Assembly: GCA_964016885.1 (NCBI GenBank)
Contig: OZ024747.1
Coordinates: 88,102,001 to 88,166,000, forward strand
Reading direction: 5' to 3'
Source: Eledone cirrhosa
Taxonomy: Eukaryota
DNA: 64,000 nt
Both the position numbers and the translations under genes were made by a program. Each line of letters begins with the position of its first letter. Position 1 is the first letter of the stretch. The notes under the pieces are model-generated. The model made no database searches. It was not told where the DNA came from and saw only the letters and a list, made by a program, of their open reading frames with translations. Shown here one piece after another: positions 51,303 to 64,000 of the stretch.

Positions 51303-53082
51303 GTCAGTCTTTGCCATCTAGTCTTTTTATTTCTATATATATTTTTCTCTTTTAATTAAAACATGTGTTACATATATGTTAATATGTTAGTAGATAAAGA
51401 GGTTATCTTTTTGGATGTAACAGTGTTATTAGATCATGAGATGATTTGATATTGATTTTGTTATCCATATTGATATGTTCTCTTGCAGATTGTTGTTGTT
51501 GTTACAGCTCACCCCTCTGTAAGTTTAGCTGGCCTCCTATGAGGCTGCATATTGTAGGAGGTTTCTTGATAAGAACCTCAGTTTTATCATGAAAAGCAAT
51601 GGGAAATGAAGCATTGTGCTCAAGAACACAACATACTACCCAGTCCAGGACACAAATCTACTACCTTATGATCATGAGTTCAACATCTTAACCACTAGGC
51701 CATGAACTTTGCAGATTATTTTACACTAAATTAGATCTCTGATTCCTAGCAAATTTAAAACAATGAATAGCTAATAATTTTTTTACTTTGTTTCTTTTTT
51801 TTTTTTCATTATTCATGATTATAGATATACAGTTCAGCTTATAGGTATGTAGCAGTGAATTGGCAGGGTTGTTAAAATGTAAGATTAAATGGCTTGGTAT
51901 TTGTTGTGGCTCTCTACACTTGGAGTTCAAATCACATCAAGGTCAAATTTGCCTTTGATCCTTTCAGGGTTGATTAAAATACTGGGCTAGGGCTGGCGGA
52001 TTGGCAGAATTGTTTCAAAGTTGGACTGGTTGTTTTGTGATATCTTTTCTGGCTTTCTGCATTAAGATTTCAAATCCTTCCTCCTGAAAAGCAGTGACAG
52101 TTCTGCTAGGAGTTGCAATTGGTAGATAATATCAACAATGGAATGACCAGTGGAAACCGAGTTTACTTGGTTTGATATGACAATTGACCCCTTTCTTTTC
52201 TTTATAGATATACTGTTTGGGAATGTGTGTTGCTTTTTGAAAACCTTTTTTAAGAAATCAAAATGAGTTTCCAATTATTTAAAATCCCAAATTTACTGTT
52301 CACTGTCACAGAATGAAATTGGAAGTTAATTGTAAAATATATTTGTTGAAAAATACCTTAGTTATTTATCCTATTAGTTTCCTTGTTTTAAAGTAGAAAG
52401 TGACACTGATAAATTATTTGCATAAAGTCTTTGGAATAACGTAATATATATACTTTAAATACTTTTATTTGTGTGATTGATGGCTCTTTGTATGTATAAA
52501 AAAACAATTATGTTTACATAAGTGTTACTGCTGAGTTTGTGAGATATGAGACTCTCAGCGAAAGCCTCGACTATATTTGTCATTGCTGCACCTGTACTTG
52601 ACAAAAAGATTTAAGTTTCAGTGGTTTAGTGTGCTTGTTTATTGGGTGCTTAACTCATAATGGAGTTGTAGGGGAACCCTTATAACATACGTCTGGGGCA
52701 TTTGTAAAGCTGGAGTAGCTCCTTCATCTTCATGTTTGACTATAGCTGATTTCTTTCAGAGAGAAAAAGAGATAGAAGAACCAATCCTAGTGTTGGATTG
52801 GTACATTATTTATCGATCTCAAAAGGATGAAAGATAATATTGGCCTTGGCTGGATTTCAACTCAGATAACAGAAAGCTGGAATAAATACTGCAAAACATT
52901 CTAGCTGACATTCTAACAACTCTGCCAGTTTGCCCTCTTATAGTTGATTTATTTGTAATTAAATAGTCAAGGTATAGTAAACTGTTGTAAACAACAATAT
53001 ATGACTGACAAATGTTTGTCAACATGAAGTGATGACCAAAAATTCTATGAACTGGAAAAATGCAATAGAAAACAAATACTAG

Positions 53083-53258
53083 AAGTATCGGTAGAGGGTT
53101 GGACGCCATGCTTTGCAGCATAGAGTTATGGACTTTTTATGATCTGAGTTCAAATCCCGCCGAGGTTAACTTTGCCTTTCATCCTTATGGGGTCGATAGA
53201 ATAAAGTACCAGTAATAAACTAGGGTAATTGTTGGCCTTGTGCCAAAAGTAGAAAAAA
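53083..53258 (+). mobile_element. SINE family A, short variant
   Basis: Aligns to 20068-20252; head slightly truncated. Confidence 0.88.
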
Positions 53259-54627
53259 TTATTTTACTTTGAAGTTAATAACATGAAGATACACTTTTCC
53301 ATTGAGGTCCCAGCAACCAAATTCAGTGCAAGACATACGTTTTAATTCATAAACATGAAGTTATTGATTGAAAATTGGCCTTTATTACATTAATTGGAGG
53401 GAGTAGACTTCTTTTTGCTGATAAGTAATATTTATTTATTAAAAAAGAAAAAAAAATTTAACAGTCTAAATATAATTTTTCTATTTTTTGAAAATTAATT
53501 AAACTACTTGAGAAATTGCTGAAGTACAACATTTTTTGGCTATGTGACAATGTTTATATATTAATTACATTAGTCCTATTTGAAGATTTAAAAAAAAATA
53601 GAAAAATTAAATCACCTTTTATTTTGTTCATCTATTCAAATTAACATACCCCTTATATATATATTTTTGTTATATTGTATTTTATAGATTAATACCTTAG
53701 AACAAATAATCTTGCTATGTAAAAAGATATTCAAGATACCTACTTATTTTTTTCATTTGAATCAATCTCAAGACAATGGCTGAAGGTTATTTCAACTTAT
53801 TGACATTATTTGTAATCAATTAAAACAAGTAATCTTAAAATATCATATTAAAGTGTTTGCTTAACTTGATTTTTTAAAAACATTATGCCTGTGAAATAAT
53901 AGATATTCCTGTTTTTGTTCTGATTTCAATCATGTTAACACTTATTTCAAAACAGATAGTATTGATTCAGTAATTATAGAGCTTTGGCATGCCACCAGAA
54001 GCATTCCAGCAGGTATAAAATAGTTTTCTGTTTTCTTTTGAGTTACTACAGTGATATCCTGCTATAAAAAGAAAACATTGAGAGAACTCTACAAATAGAA
54101 GTGGTCTGGTAACAATAACATGTTTCAGAAACTGTTATTTGTCATTAGAAATTCATACTATTGATTATAGTAAACACAAACTCATTACATTTTAAATAAT
54201 TGGAGACAACAAAACATTTTAAATTGTTATTTTAGTTTGAACTATGCACTAAATATATTTTACATTAACTTTTGTAGAATATTGTTTTCAAATCAACTGC
54301 TTTTGTTGAAATAGTTTGAGTTCATGAAAATGATATCATGTCTAATAATTTAACTCTTTTGACTCCAAACCACCTGAAACAGGCCTTGGTTCTACAATAC
54401 AAAACTTTATCATAATAGTATGTAACAATCATTGCTAAGTTATGTTCCATATATTGTCTTTCATCATCATCATTGTTTAACAACCATTTTCCACGTTAGT
54501 ATGGGTGAGACGAGCTGTCCTGTTGTGAGACAAGCCAGCTCAGATGACCGGTCTATCCAAAACAATTGTAGGTGATTTACATACAAATGAAAGAGTTCTA
54601 GTACTGTAGAAGTCATTTCTATAATAA

Positions 54628-54670
<43 letters not shown>

Positions 54671-54675
<5 letters not shown>

Positions 54676-55718
54676 ACAGGAGGCTGGACTGGTGTAAATC
54701 CTTGGAAGGTTTATTATACTATGATCATTTCAATGACCGGGTTCAGTATGAATCCGGTGATATCATCAGGTATTCGAAATATAATAAAGGAATATAACAG
54801 ATAAAATCCATGGGGCTGAAAATCAATGGGGCTGAAAATCAGAGACAAGAGGATGACCGACTATTTAGCAGCTTCTACCTCAGTCGGTCGCCCTCGAGTG
54901 TTGATTATTAAGTCTACTTATGACCATCTGGTGAGGGGGCGTAAGCTTATAATGTACTACTACCTCCCCGTCAAAGAGAAAAGGTCATGCCACACTCAGG
55001 CTGACCGTGCGTGCTAGAAATTGCTGCAAAAAATGTTTTTTCCAAAGCACATATATCTTTAACAAAGGCATATATAGTGGGCGTCTGTATGGTATAATGT
55101 AAGGTCAGAAATTTTGGTTAGCAATTAGGAATGTAAACTTATGTTTAAAGTTATAGGATGAAATTAGAAAAATAAGAGAAATAAGGTTTGAGTTGTGAGA
55201 TTTAGTTAAAGAATTTACAGAAAGAGTCTTTTATGAAAAAGTTTAAGTGTATTATAGATATTCTCGATAAGTTTTCAGGGTAGGATATAGATTAAGCCCT
55301 TGTTTAGCAGTGAATAATCAGCGACGACTGCAGATCCCGGCCAGCCCTTCCTAACCATGTGTCAGCCGTTCCGAGTGATATCGTCTAGCTAAAGAAATGG
55401 AAATTAATTTTTCCGAGCACTCCAGGAATGTAACTGTTTTAGGCGTCAGGTGTGCTAGCGGGAAGTCCGCCGTCACCGTCAGGCCATCGTCTATACCAAA
55501 CGAATACTATTAATTCACACAGGAGGGGATTTATTTACGTGCCAGTAGAGGGAGGCATGATACAGCTAATAGTTATGATTACGCCTAGAAATTTTAAGGT
55601 ACTATTTGGCGGCCAAAACCGGCGGCGCGCCGGGCCCCGGGACGAAACAGCCATTCCTAGTGATTTCGTTGGCCAGTTCGATCCAGTGGTGAACCAACTA
55701 ACCTAAATAAAAATAAAA
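54671..55718 (-). mobile_element. About 1.05-kb CpG-rich non-coding element inside (TA)n, with a 3' hammerhead; Penelope-like or retrozyme-like
   Basis: TA arrays on both sides (54630-54670 and 55719-55741); no recognisable long ORF; CpG-rich right end (CGGCGGCGCGCCGGGCCCCGG); hammerhead about 45 nt from the left end. Confidence 0.65.
54716..54773 (-). ncRNA. Minimal type I hammerhead ribozyme motif
   Basis: Minus strand reads ATAC-CTGATGA-TATCACCGGATTCA-TAC-TGAACCCGGTCATT-GAAA-TGATCA-TA-GTAT. Stem I is perfect (4 bp), stem II pairs 11 of 14, and stem III is the palindrome ATGATCAT. Confidence 0.75.
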
Positions 55719-57152
55719 ATATATATATATATATATATATAAGTAATAATAATTTAATTAAATTGGGCAAAACCATTTTGCTGGTTTGAGAGTTGATGAG
55801 GGTGAAGATGTGAGTGTGTAAACTTGCCTTTCTTTATTTCCTCTTCTGGTCACTTCTATGTGCCAACACACTTCTCCTTGTCCTCCTCTCCTTTCAATCT
55901 TTTCTTTATTTCATCTGCCTGTCACCCACCTTATGGATTGTCTCTCTGTAGACCACTGGTCGCTGGTCTCTGTCCTCTGAGGCACTTTTGTCCATCGCTG
56001 TCTTTGACAGCATTCAGCTGAATTAACAACTGTTCTAGCAAAGAGTTTTCTCATTTTTATATACATATTAAGTTATTTAATTGATTTACCAACGTTTCTA
56101 TCAATACAGAAATATGTGCCATCATTCTCCTCTGTACTGATTTCTTCAGAATCCATTAAACAATATAAATAACATTTATCTTTGATATCAGACATCTCCA
56201 TTTCGATGATGTAAACAAATTTAAAATACAGTTGGTAAGACATTAAAACTTTATGGAAGACTAAACGTACAAATTAAAATTTATTAGTGATAAAATATAA
56301 CGTGCCATAACTAACCAATATTTACTTGACTTCTAAAATTTAATGCAAGTATATTAGACTCTAAAATAACAATGTAGAAACACAGCCAAAGCTCATAAAT
56401 TTAATCATACTTATTAATTGAAGAAACAACAATTTCAAGCATAACATTAATAGAATATATTAATAAAAATAGTATAAAATTATGTAAGCTTAATTCAATA
56501 ATAAAGTATCAATCACTAGGAGAATTACTAGTTATTAAGAAATTAACAGCCTAAAAAACCCGTATTAATAGAAGTGAAAGGATTATTTTTAGGATCATAA
56601 TAATTATTGTACAGTAAGTTAATTACATTCAACTGCATTCATACACACACATATATAACCATGTACACTCACATATAGACACATTTAACTACATATACAT
56701 ATATACATATAAACCTGTGCACTCATACTTAAATTATGTAGGCACACACATATATACAAATACAAACATATATGCACACACACACATACATACACACAAA
56801 AATATAGGCAGATATACACCTATGTACTTACAGAAAATCCATATTTTCATGATCCTTAACACACATACCTACATATACATTTTCATACACACACACACAT
56901 ATATATATATATACACATACACATGTACTAAACGCACATATGTACACATATTAATTCTGGTTATTTTATACTTTTATAAGCACTGTGATATTGTAAAACT
57001 ACTGTGGCTAGAAATTAATTGATTGGATTAAACTTTTAACTGTCATTTGAATCATTCTTTGCCTAATATGGTTGTGTTATTAACTTGTCTATATAAATAT
57101 ATATATATATATGTATATATATATAAACACACATTTATACATACACACACAC

Positions 57153-57206
<54 letters not shown>

Positions 57207-57533
57207 ATATCATCATCATCATCACCGTTTTACATCCATTCTTCCACGTTAACATGGGTTAGATGGGCTCTCCTGTTGTGGGCAGTGTCCAGTCGGCTGA
57301 CCTTATCTTGCTCATGCTGGAACTGATTCTGGCTTGATTTCTACAGCTGGATGCCCTTACTAACACCAACTTCATATACAGGGAGTGCTGTAATATATAT
57401 ATATATATATATATAGTACCAGTAATGCACTGGGTTAATTGCTGGTCTTGTGTGAAAAGTAGAAACAATTATTATTACCCCTATTAATACCTTCAGTATC
57501 GTTATGTTTAATCACATTACTTATATTAATATT

Positions 57534-60500
57534 CATCATCATCATCATCATCTTCGTTTAACGTCCATTTTCCACGCTAGCATGGGTTAGACGGGAGTTG
57601 TCTCACTTGAGGCAAGGCTGGTCGGGTGATCGTGTCTCGCTCATATAGGACTATCTGGCAGGTTTTCTACGGCTGGATGCCCTTCCTAACACCAACCACA
57701 TTTACAGTGTGGACTGGGAACTTTTTACCGTGTTACCTACATGGCCACATTACAGCGTGGACTGTGTGTGTTTTTTGTCGTGACACCTACACGATCTCGA
57801 TCTCATTATCTCATGCTGTTGGTGGGAGTGGGAGGATAGGGTAGGGGTAGTGGATTGGAGTGTATATTTGGTTAAGAGGTGCCTACTGACTGTAGGTTTC
57901 GCTTTGTACATAGGCAAGGCGGGTCTTCTGTATTACTGCATAGCGCCAAAGATCTCAGTCCAGAGACATTGTCTTAGAGAGGTGCAAGTGTGTAAGGTCG
58001 GAATTTATCAGATCATCCCAGGTTTTTCTGGGTCTACCTACTCCGTAAACAACCATCAATTTTGATCACCCTGCACTTTTTTATGCAGCTGTCATCTTTC
58101 ATGCGCATCATGTAACCATACCAACGTAGTCTCCTCTCAAGTAAACAGCATCTGATCCCTCTTATTCCTAATTTCTCACTTAGTTCATTTATGCTTTGCC
58201 GTTCACGTATATTACTATTACACATCCAACGGAGCATGAATGCTTCGTTCCTTTCCAGTCTACGCAGGTCCTCTGCACGTAATGTCCATGTCTCACTGCC
58301 ATGTAACATTGCTGTTCGTATACAGGCATCATACAATCTGCCTTTCATTTTTAGAGAGAAACCTTTTGTGGCCAACAGCGGTATAAGCTCTCTGAACTTT
58401 TTCTATCCCATTCTGACTGGCTACTGTACTTTCAGAACACCCTCCACCACTGCTGATTTCGTCACCCAGGTACCGGAAAGTGTCTACTATTTCTATAGAA
58501 CCATCTGGGCAATAGAAGGAGCTAGTATCCTTTGGACACTTGCTACTTATTGCACCTGAGCATTGGCCATATATAAAGTCTACGTTCTTAGATAGTTTAC
58601 CTGTGATCCCACTACATCTTTTATGTACCCATACTTTGCATTTGGAACATAAAATGGAATTTCTGCCTACTCCTTTCTGCCTACTCAGCTATGAGCGTTA
58701 GATCATCTAAGTAGAGGGGTTTACTTTTAGCTAGGTACTTCTTTTGTAGTTGTCATACAAGAAAAAGAGCATCTGTGGTACTTTTACCTGACACAAACCC
58801 AAACTGCATTTCATCTAGATCAATTCGCTCTCTGATTAGTTGTGCTATAACTCTTTCTGTGACCTTCATGACCTGGTCAACTAACTTAATGCTTCTATAG
58901 TTTCCCCTATCTGGAGCATCCCCTTTACCCTTGTAGCAGATAATGATGATGCTGTTACGCCAGTCTTTCGGTATGACCCCATTCTGTATTACTTGGTTAA
59001 CTATACGGGTGACCATAGTGTGTCCCACCATAGCAGATGCCTTCAACATCTCAGAAACTATCTCCGAAGGCCCAGCTGCCTTGCCTGTCTTCATCTTTGA
59101 TTGCCTTACTTATTATACTACCTTTAACTTGCACCGCTGGTCTTTCTATTGGATCGATTTGGGGCAGACTATCTTTTTCCCATTTATTCTCCTCATTTAA
59201 TAGTCTCTCGTAGTGACACTTCCAGGCTATCTTCTTATCAGTATCACTGAGCGCAAGTACACCATTATCATTACGGATACACTTCTCCCCGACAATATCA
59301 CGGTTTTCCTTGACACATTGTCTAGCAATCCTGAACACCTCACGTTTTTGGTCCTCACGTTGTAGAACATGCTTGAACTTTCTATCCTCTGCTACCCTTT
59401 TTGCAAGGTACACTTGTCTCCTAGCTTCTCTCCTAACCACATGATAGTGCTCTCTACTTCCCCCATCCTGCCATACTTTCCAAGCCTGCTTTTTGGCCTT
59501 TATTGTCTCTTCCACCTTATTGTTCCACCACCAAGTTACTCTCCTCCTGCCATACTTTCCAAGCCTGCTTTTTGGCCTTTATTGTCTCTTCCACCTTACT
59601 GTTCCACCACCCAAGTTACTCTCCTCCTGCCAATAGGTCTGCTCCAGCCACAGATTTCATCCGTTGCTTTCAGCAGGTTCACTTTCAAGAATTGCCACTG
59701 TTCCTCTATATCGCACATCTCTAATTGCTCTTCCTTATTGTCAAAGGAATCAAGTAATAAGCTTTTAAATTTGTCACTGGCTATGGGTGTCCTTCAACTT
59801 CGATATTCTTCTCCTCAAGGTAGGCCTTCTCTGTCGTCGAGTACGTCTATTCCTGACTATGAGGTCACTAACTACTAGGCTATGTTGGGAGGTGCATTCT
59901 TCACGGGGGAGGGATTTAGTGTTTACAACAGACATTTTGTCCGGTCTTCTAGTAAGGATATAATCTATCTATCTGGCTGGCGTGTTCTCCTGATCTATAG
60001 GTGATCAAGTGGTTTTCACGTTTTTTGAAGTTTGTGTTACAGATAGTTAGGCTATTTGCGTCACAGAATTCCAGGATTCTGAAGCCCTCCTCATTTCTAT
60101 TTCCAACCCCATAGCCTCCATGGATTCCATCATAGCTATCACTATGTTGTCCAACGTGACGGTCTAGATTGCCAGCAATAATTAAGTAGTCACTGTCGGT
60201 TATTTGGGAGTTAGTGTGCATTAGCATCTCATAGAACCTGTCCTTTATAACATCAGGTAGACCAGATTGGGGTGCATAAGCAGATATTATTGTCACAGTA
60301 GTTCTATTTAATTCAATTATTCTGTCATTCACTCTATTTACGACAATTACCTTATCTACCCATTTTTCAGCTAACATAATTCCTACACCACCCTGTCCGT
60401 TGTCATTTCCCACCCAGAAAAGTTTATAGCATCGTTTTTTAACCCACAATGAATCTGGCAGACCCCCTCTCCACCTAGTCTCTTGAATACAACAAACATC

Positions 60501-60548
60501 AACTTCTTTACGTTCAAGCATCTCTACAACCTCATTTGTAGTTTTCAT
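57534..60548 (-). mobile_element. RTE-clade LINE, 5'-truncated, frameshifted and internally deleted
   Basis: APE endonuclease (CIQETRW, GVG, SAYAPQ, SQID; 59949-60548); RT start (GKAAGP, YKGKGD..NYRSIKL, QFGF..GKSTTDA; 58753-59094); C-terminus (LHGSETW, RLRWYG; 58034-58375); 3' UTR and (GAT)n tail. Confidence 0.95.
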
Positions 60549-61649
60549 TATTTTCCATATTTGGTAACTGGAAAATATTTGGCTATTCTGAAAAAAAAAT
60601 TAGTCTCTTGATGTTTCGATAGCAAGGATTTGTTCTTCCTGCTTCACTTCATCATCATTATCATCATTTTAACGTCTCCTTTCCCTGCTAGCAAGGGTTG
60701 GACAGGTAATAAAATAAGTACAAGATTTGAAAAAAAAACTGATGTCTATATGATCAATGAAATCTTATTACAGGGATGCTCTAGTATGGATGCAGTCCAA
60801 TGGCTGAAACTAGTGAAAGGGTGCTGAAGTATAGAGATTTAGTGAGTAAATATATCTCATGGCATTGGCTCCTACTTTCTATATTAGGTCGATAGATTTG
60901 AAGTAGGGCATCAGTTCATTCAATCTTCCAAATTTTACATCACACAGCAATAAGTTATTAATAACGATGTTGTTGATAAAATTATACTACTACAGTGTAT
61001 GCACAAGTACAAAACCTGAAAAGATTTTCTCAGAGCTGTTTACAGATAAAGCTATATTCTCTTGAAAATGGCAGTTTATATAATGGATAAATGTATAGAT
61101 GGATATTTATAATGGATATATGCATATATATATATATGTGTGTGTGTGTGTGTTTATGAATAATTGTATCTCAGCCAAATAGAAACTGAACACACTTCAT
61201 GTGATATTTATTTTAAGTACAAATTTTAAAGGACATGTTTTTTTTTATTTCGTAAACAAATGGAAATAATACATTTTTGCATGAATGAAATAGTTTGGGT
61301 TAATTAAACAAAAATATTAGTAAAAATTTATAAACTGTTGGATGCATTAATCAAATTAACCTGTTTTTTTTTAGATTTTTATCTATACTAAATATTTCAT
61401 TCTCCTCAGATAATATGCATTAAAGAGGAAGAGATAGGCATGTTTGTTTGTTGTGGCATCTAGAAAGATTCTAAATATCATAAGGATTGCATTAACTAAC
61501 AAATAGTAGCACTAATTTACTAATTCAGTAACACTAGTTTTAAGAGAAAGCCAAATTGTATATTTATCCTGTTCTATACTAATAGCATGGTATTTCTATA
61601 AACAGATCTTGCTGAATGTGTATTTATACCTATTCAGTAACTGATTTTA

Positions 61650-62170
61650 GGCATTCATTCAGGATGGGTTGAACCAGCCATAACTGGTTCATCTACAGCA
61701 TTGTGAACAGAGGCTCCTCATCCACAACAATCACAAATGTCCGATGTGGATATTGCCAATCCATCACAGTTCGAGTCGCAAGCAGTATATATGCAAAGAC
61801 CAGATATTAACTCAAGATTCAACTTCTTCATAACAGTTAATGTTTTCAACTCTCCATCTTACTATTTATGCCATCATAGAATGGGACTCTGGCAAGACTA
61901 CGTTGTGGATGAGTTCATGAGTGGTGGAATGCTTGACTAAACAAACAGTGGAACCTTTCCATAAAGACTTGTTGGAAATAATTGGTCCAGTAACAACAAT
62001 GACTTTTGAAGTTTGGCACATTGACAGGCATGTTCTCCCAGTGGAGCAAATAATAAATGTGCAAAACTAGACTGTTAGCCCATGGGGAATGATATTTCTT
62101 TGCGTGCTGGAATGTGTAAACATTGAAGGCATCTATATAGGCTTGAATACGACTCATCTGTGAAGTCACC
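61650..62170 (-). pseudogene. Possible Sola-type DNA transposase relic
   Basis: IQAYIDAFNVYTFQHAKK...YFQQVFMERFH loosely matches the Sola1 motifs HIxSFPxYxSHYxR and YRxxFxxxFNLSF. Confidence 0.3.
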
Positions 62171-63711
62171 CATATAATTAATATGTTGGCTTTTGTTTAA
62201 AAATATTGATCAAGCCAAGTTTGTTCAATATTTGTATATAATATCCATATCACAATTTATGATATTGTGTATGTGCGGTAAATAAATATATACATATACA
62301 CCAGGTCTGAACACAAAAGAACCAAACTCCCACTGTCACTGCTTCTGTCTTTCCTGTTCTCCCCATCTCTCACTATTATGAGCAAATGAGGGGCCTATGA
62401 CTGGCTACCCCCACAGCCCCAGTGGACAGAATAGAGAAAGTGTTTTCCTGGAGGATTAAAAATATAACAAAATACAAATTTCTTAAGAACTTTTTTTCAT
62501 TTAGATGATTTCTAATTTATATTTTTATTGCTATGAACAGAACTCTTTCAAGTGAACTTATTCCAATTCTAGTCTGTTTTATGTTCTTTTCATTAAAAGT
62601 TAGATGGATTCAAAACTATATTTGTAAAGAAATAGTATTTGTGAAAATAGTTGATAATAGCCAACTGTTTTGTTTATAAGTTTTGTAAGTCTTTTGATTC
62701 CATCCAAGTGAAAACCAGATCTGGTTCTCTGAAATAAATCCACTCATTTTAAAGAGTTCCTATTTAAATTAGAATCTTCCAACATAATTTCATATAAAGG
62801 CCATATGTTAATTTTCTATCTTAGAAGTGATATAATTAATAATTTTAGTAAATCCCTCAAAACTGTTCATTAATTAATTGAAGTAAAGTGTATTTCATTA
62901 GAAATGCAGTCACAAAATGGTTTGAAAAAGCAAGTGTATAAAAATCTTTAAAAGTGATTTCACTGATGCTATGTATAAACATTCATCACCAAACTGTAAA
63001 CCGAATGCTGTCAATGTATCAAATGGACAAGGATGTAAGGCCATACACATTCGCATGCATACACAAACATACATGAATGAATTTTGAGTGGGGTATTGTT
63101 TATACAGATTTTAAAAGTTAATCTAACAAAGCTATGTATACATAAGTAAATGTTTGATCTATTTCAGTTTCATCTCAGTTATTTTATGTCAAAATATCTC
63201 CTGATATATCTTTAGGTTTCTCATATCACCAGGCCAGACCAGTCTATAATCAAGCTAAAAACTACCATGTGATAGTAAACTGTACAAGTGGACACTATAC
63301 TTATCTTTCATTATTTCATTACTGCCAAAGGCAATATATATATATAACTGTTTACTTACTATATTAACACCGTAGAGAGAAATGGAAAGCTACAATTTCA
63401 CTAGTTGAATTAGCAAACATGTATTGTTTCATCCTTGTTATTATTGGCAATAGTAAATAATGGAGTTGAGATTAAAGAAATTGATTGATTATCTTTTTAT
63501 CTCTTCCTAAAACGATAAGCAATCAATAATCATCACTCATATTATTTTACAATTTATGCAAACTATATGTAAAACAGCGATGATGCTGCTGCTGATGATG
63601 ATGCTTTCATATTATTGATTCTATTACTAAAGCAACATTTACCTTTCAAAATCGGTCTCAGTATGCTATAAATCATTAAACCCATATAGTTTAAGCTGGA
63701 AAATAATTTAA

Positions 63712-63932
63712 CCCTTTAGCATTTAAACCAACCTTCTCCAGCCAGAATCCTCTCACCTCTTTCTGTTCAAACCAGCTGTAACTGGCCACTCATAGTGATG
63801 ATAAGGTATTGTTCTCAAAATAAATAATATCAACATCTCATAGATTCAATATTATGTGAGATAATTTTGTGAGGTAATGCCTTTACCATGACAATATAAT
63901 AGTATATATAGAGTAAAGTAAATGGTAAAGGG
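63712..63932 (+). mobile_element. MITE family 1, complete
   Basis: TTAA at 63708-63711 and 63933-63936. Confidence 0.9.
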
Positions 63933-64000
63933 TTAAGAAACAAATAAAAGATAAATAATAACAAAAATTACAAAAAGAGGGTAAAATTAATTAAAATCTG

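Noticed and set aside
52520-52760. Unique moderately GC-rich tract with short ORFs on the minus strand
   Set aside because: No consistent exon structure or recognisable motif on either strand.
58191-59878. Long + strand ORFs (58191, 58943, 59369; also 26284 and 27717)
   Set aside because: They are antisense shadows of RTE coding sequence.

Overview
AT-rich, repeat-dense eukaryotic DNA. The SINE families and microsatellite load resemble an octopus (coleoid cephalopod) genome; this is an inference. There is no intact long ORF, and no rRNA, true tRNA or CRISPR array. The window is mostly transposon debris: three tRNA-derived SINE families, RTE-clade LINE fragments (largest 57.5-60.5 kb), a CRE-type endonuclease relic, a Ty3/Gypsy pol relic, pogo, mariner and hAT relics, two TTAA-bounded MITE families, four non-autonomous Helitrons and a Helitron helicase relic. 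Three things stand out. (1) Several non-coding, (TA)n-associated elements carry minimal type I hammerhead ribozyme motifs with near-palindromic stem III, two related ones being long fold-backs; they look Penelope-like or retrozyme-like. (2) A pogo-type element carries a second, convergent, piggyBac-like N-terminal ORF. (3) Short ATG-initiated phase-0 exon candidates plus a 12-nt microexon suggest the window is the multi-promoter 5' region of an unidentified + strand host gene. Coordinates of diverged repeats are approximate, and family calls come from motif recognition, not database searches.
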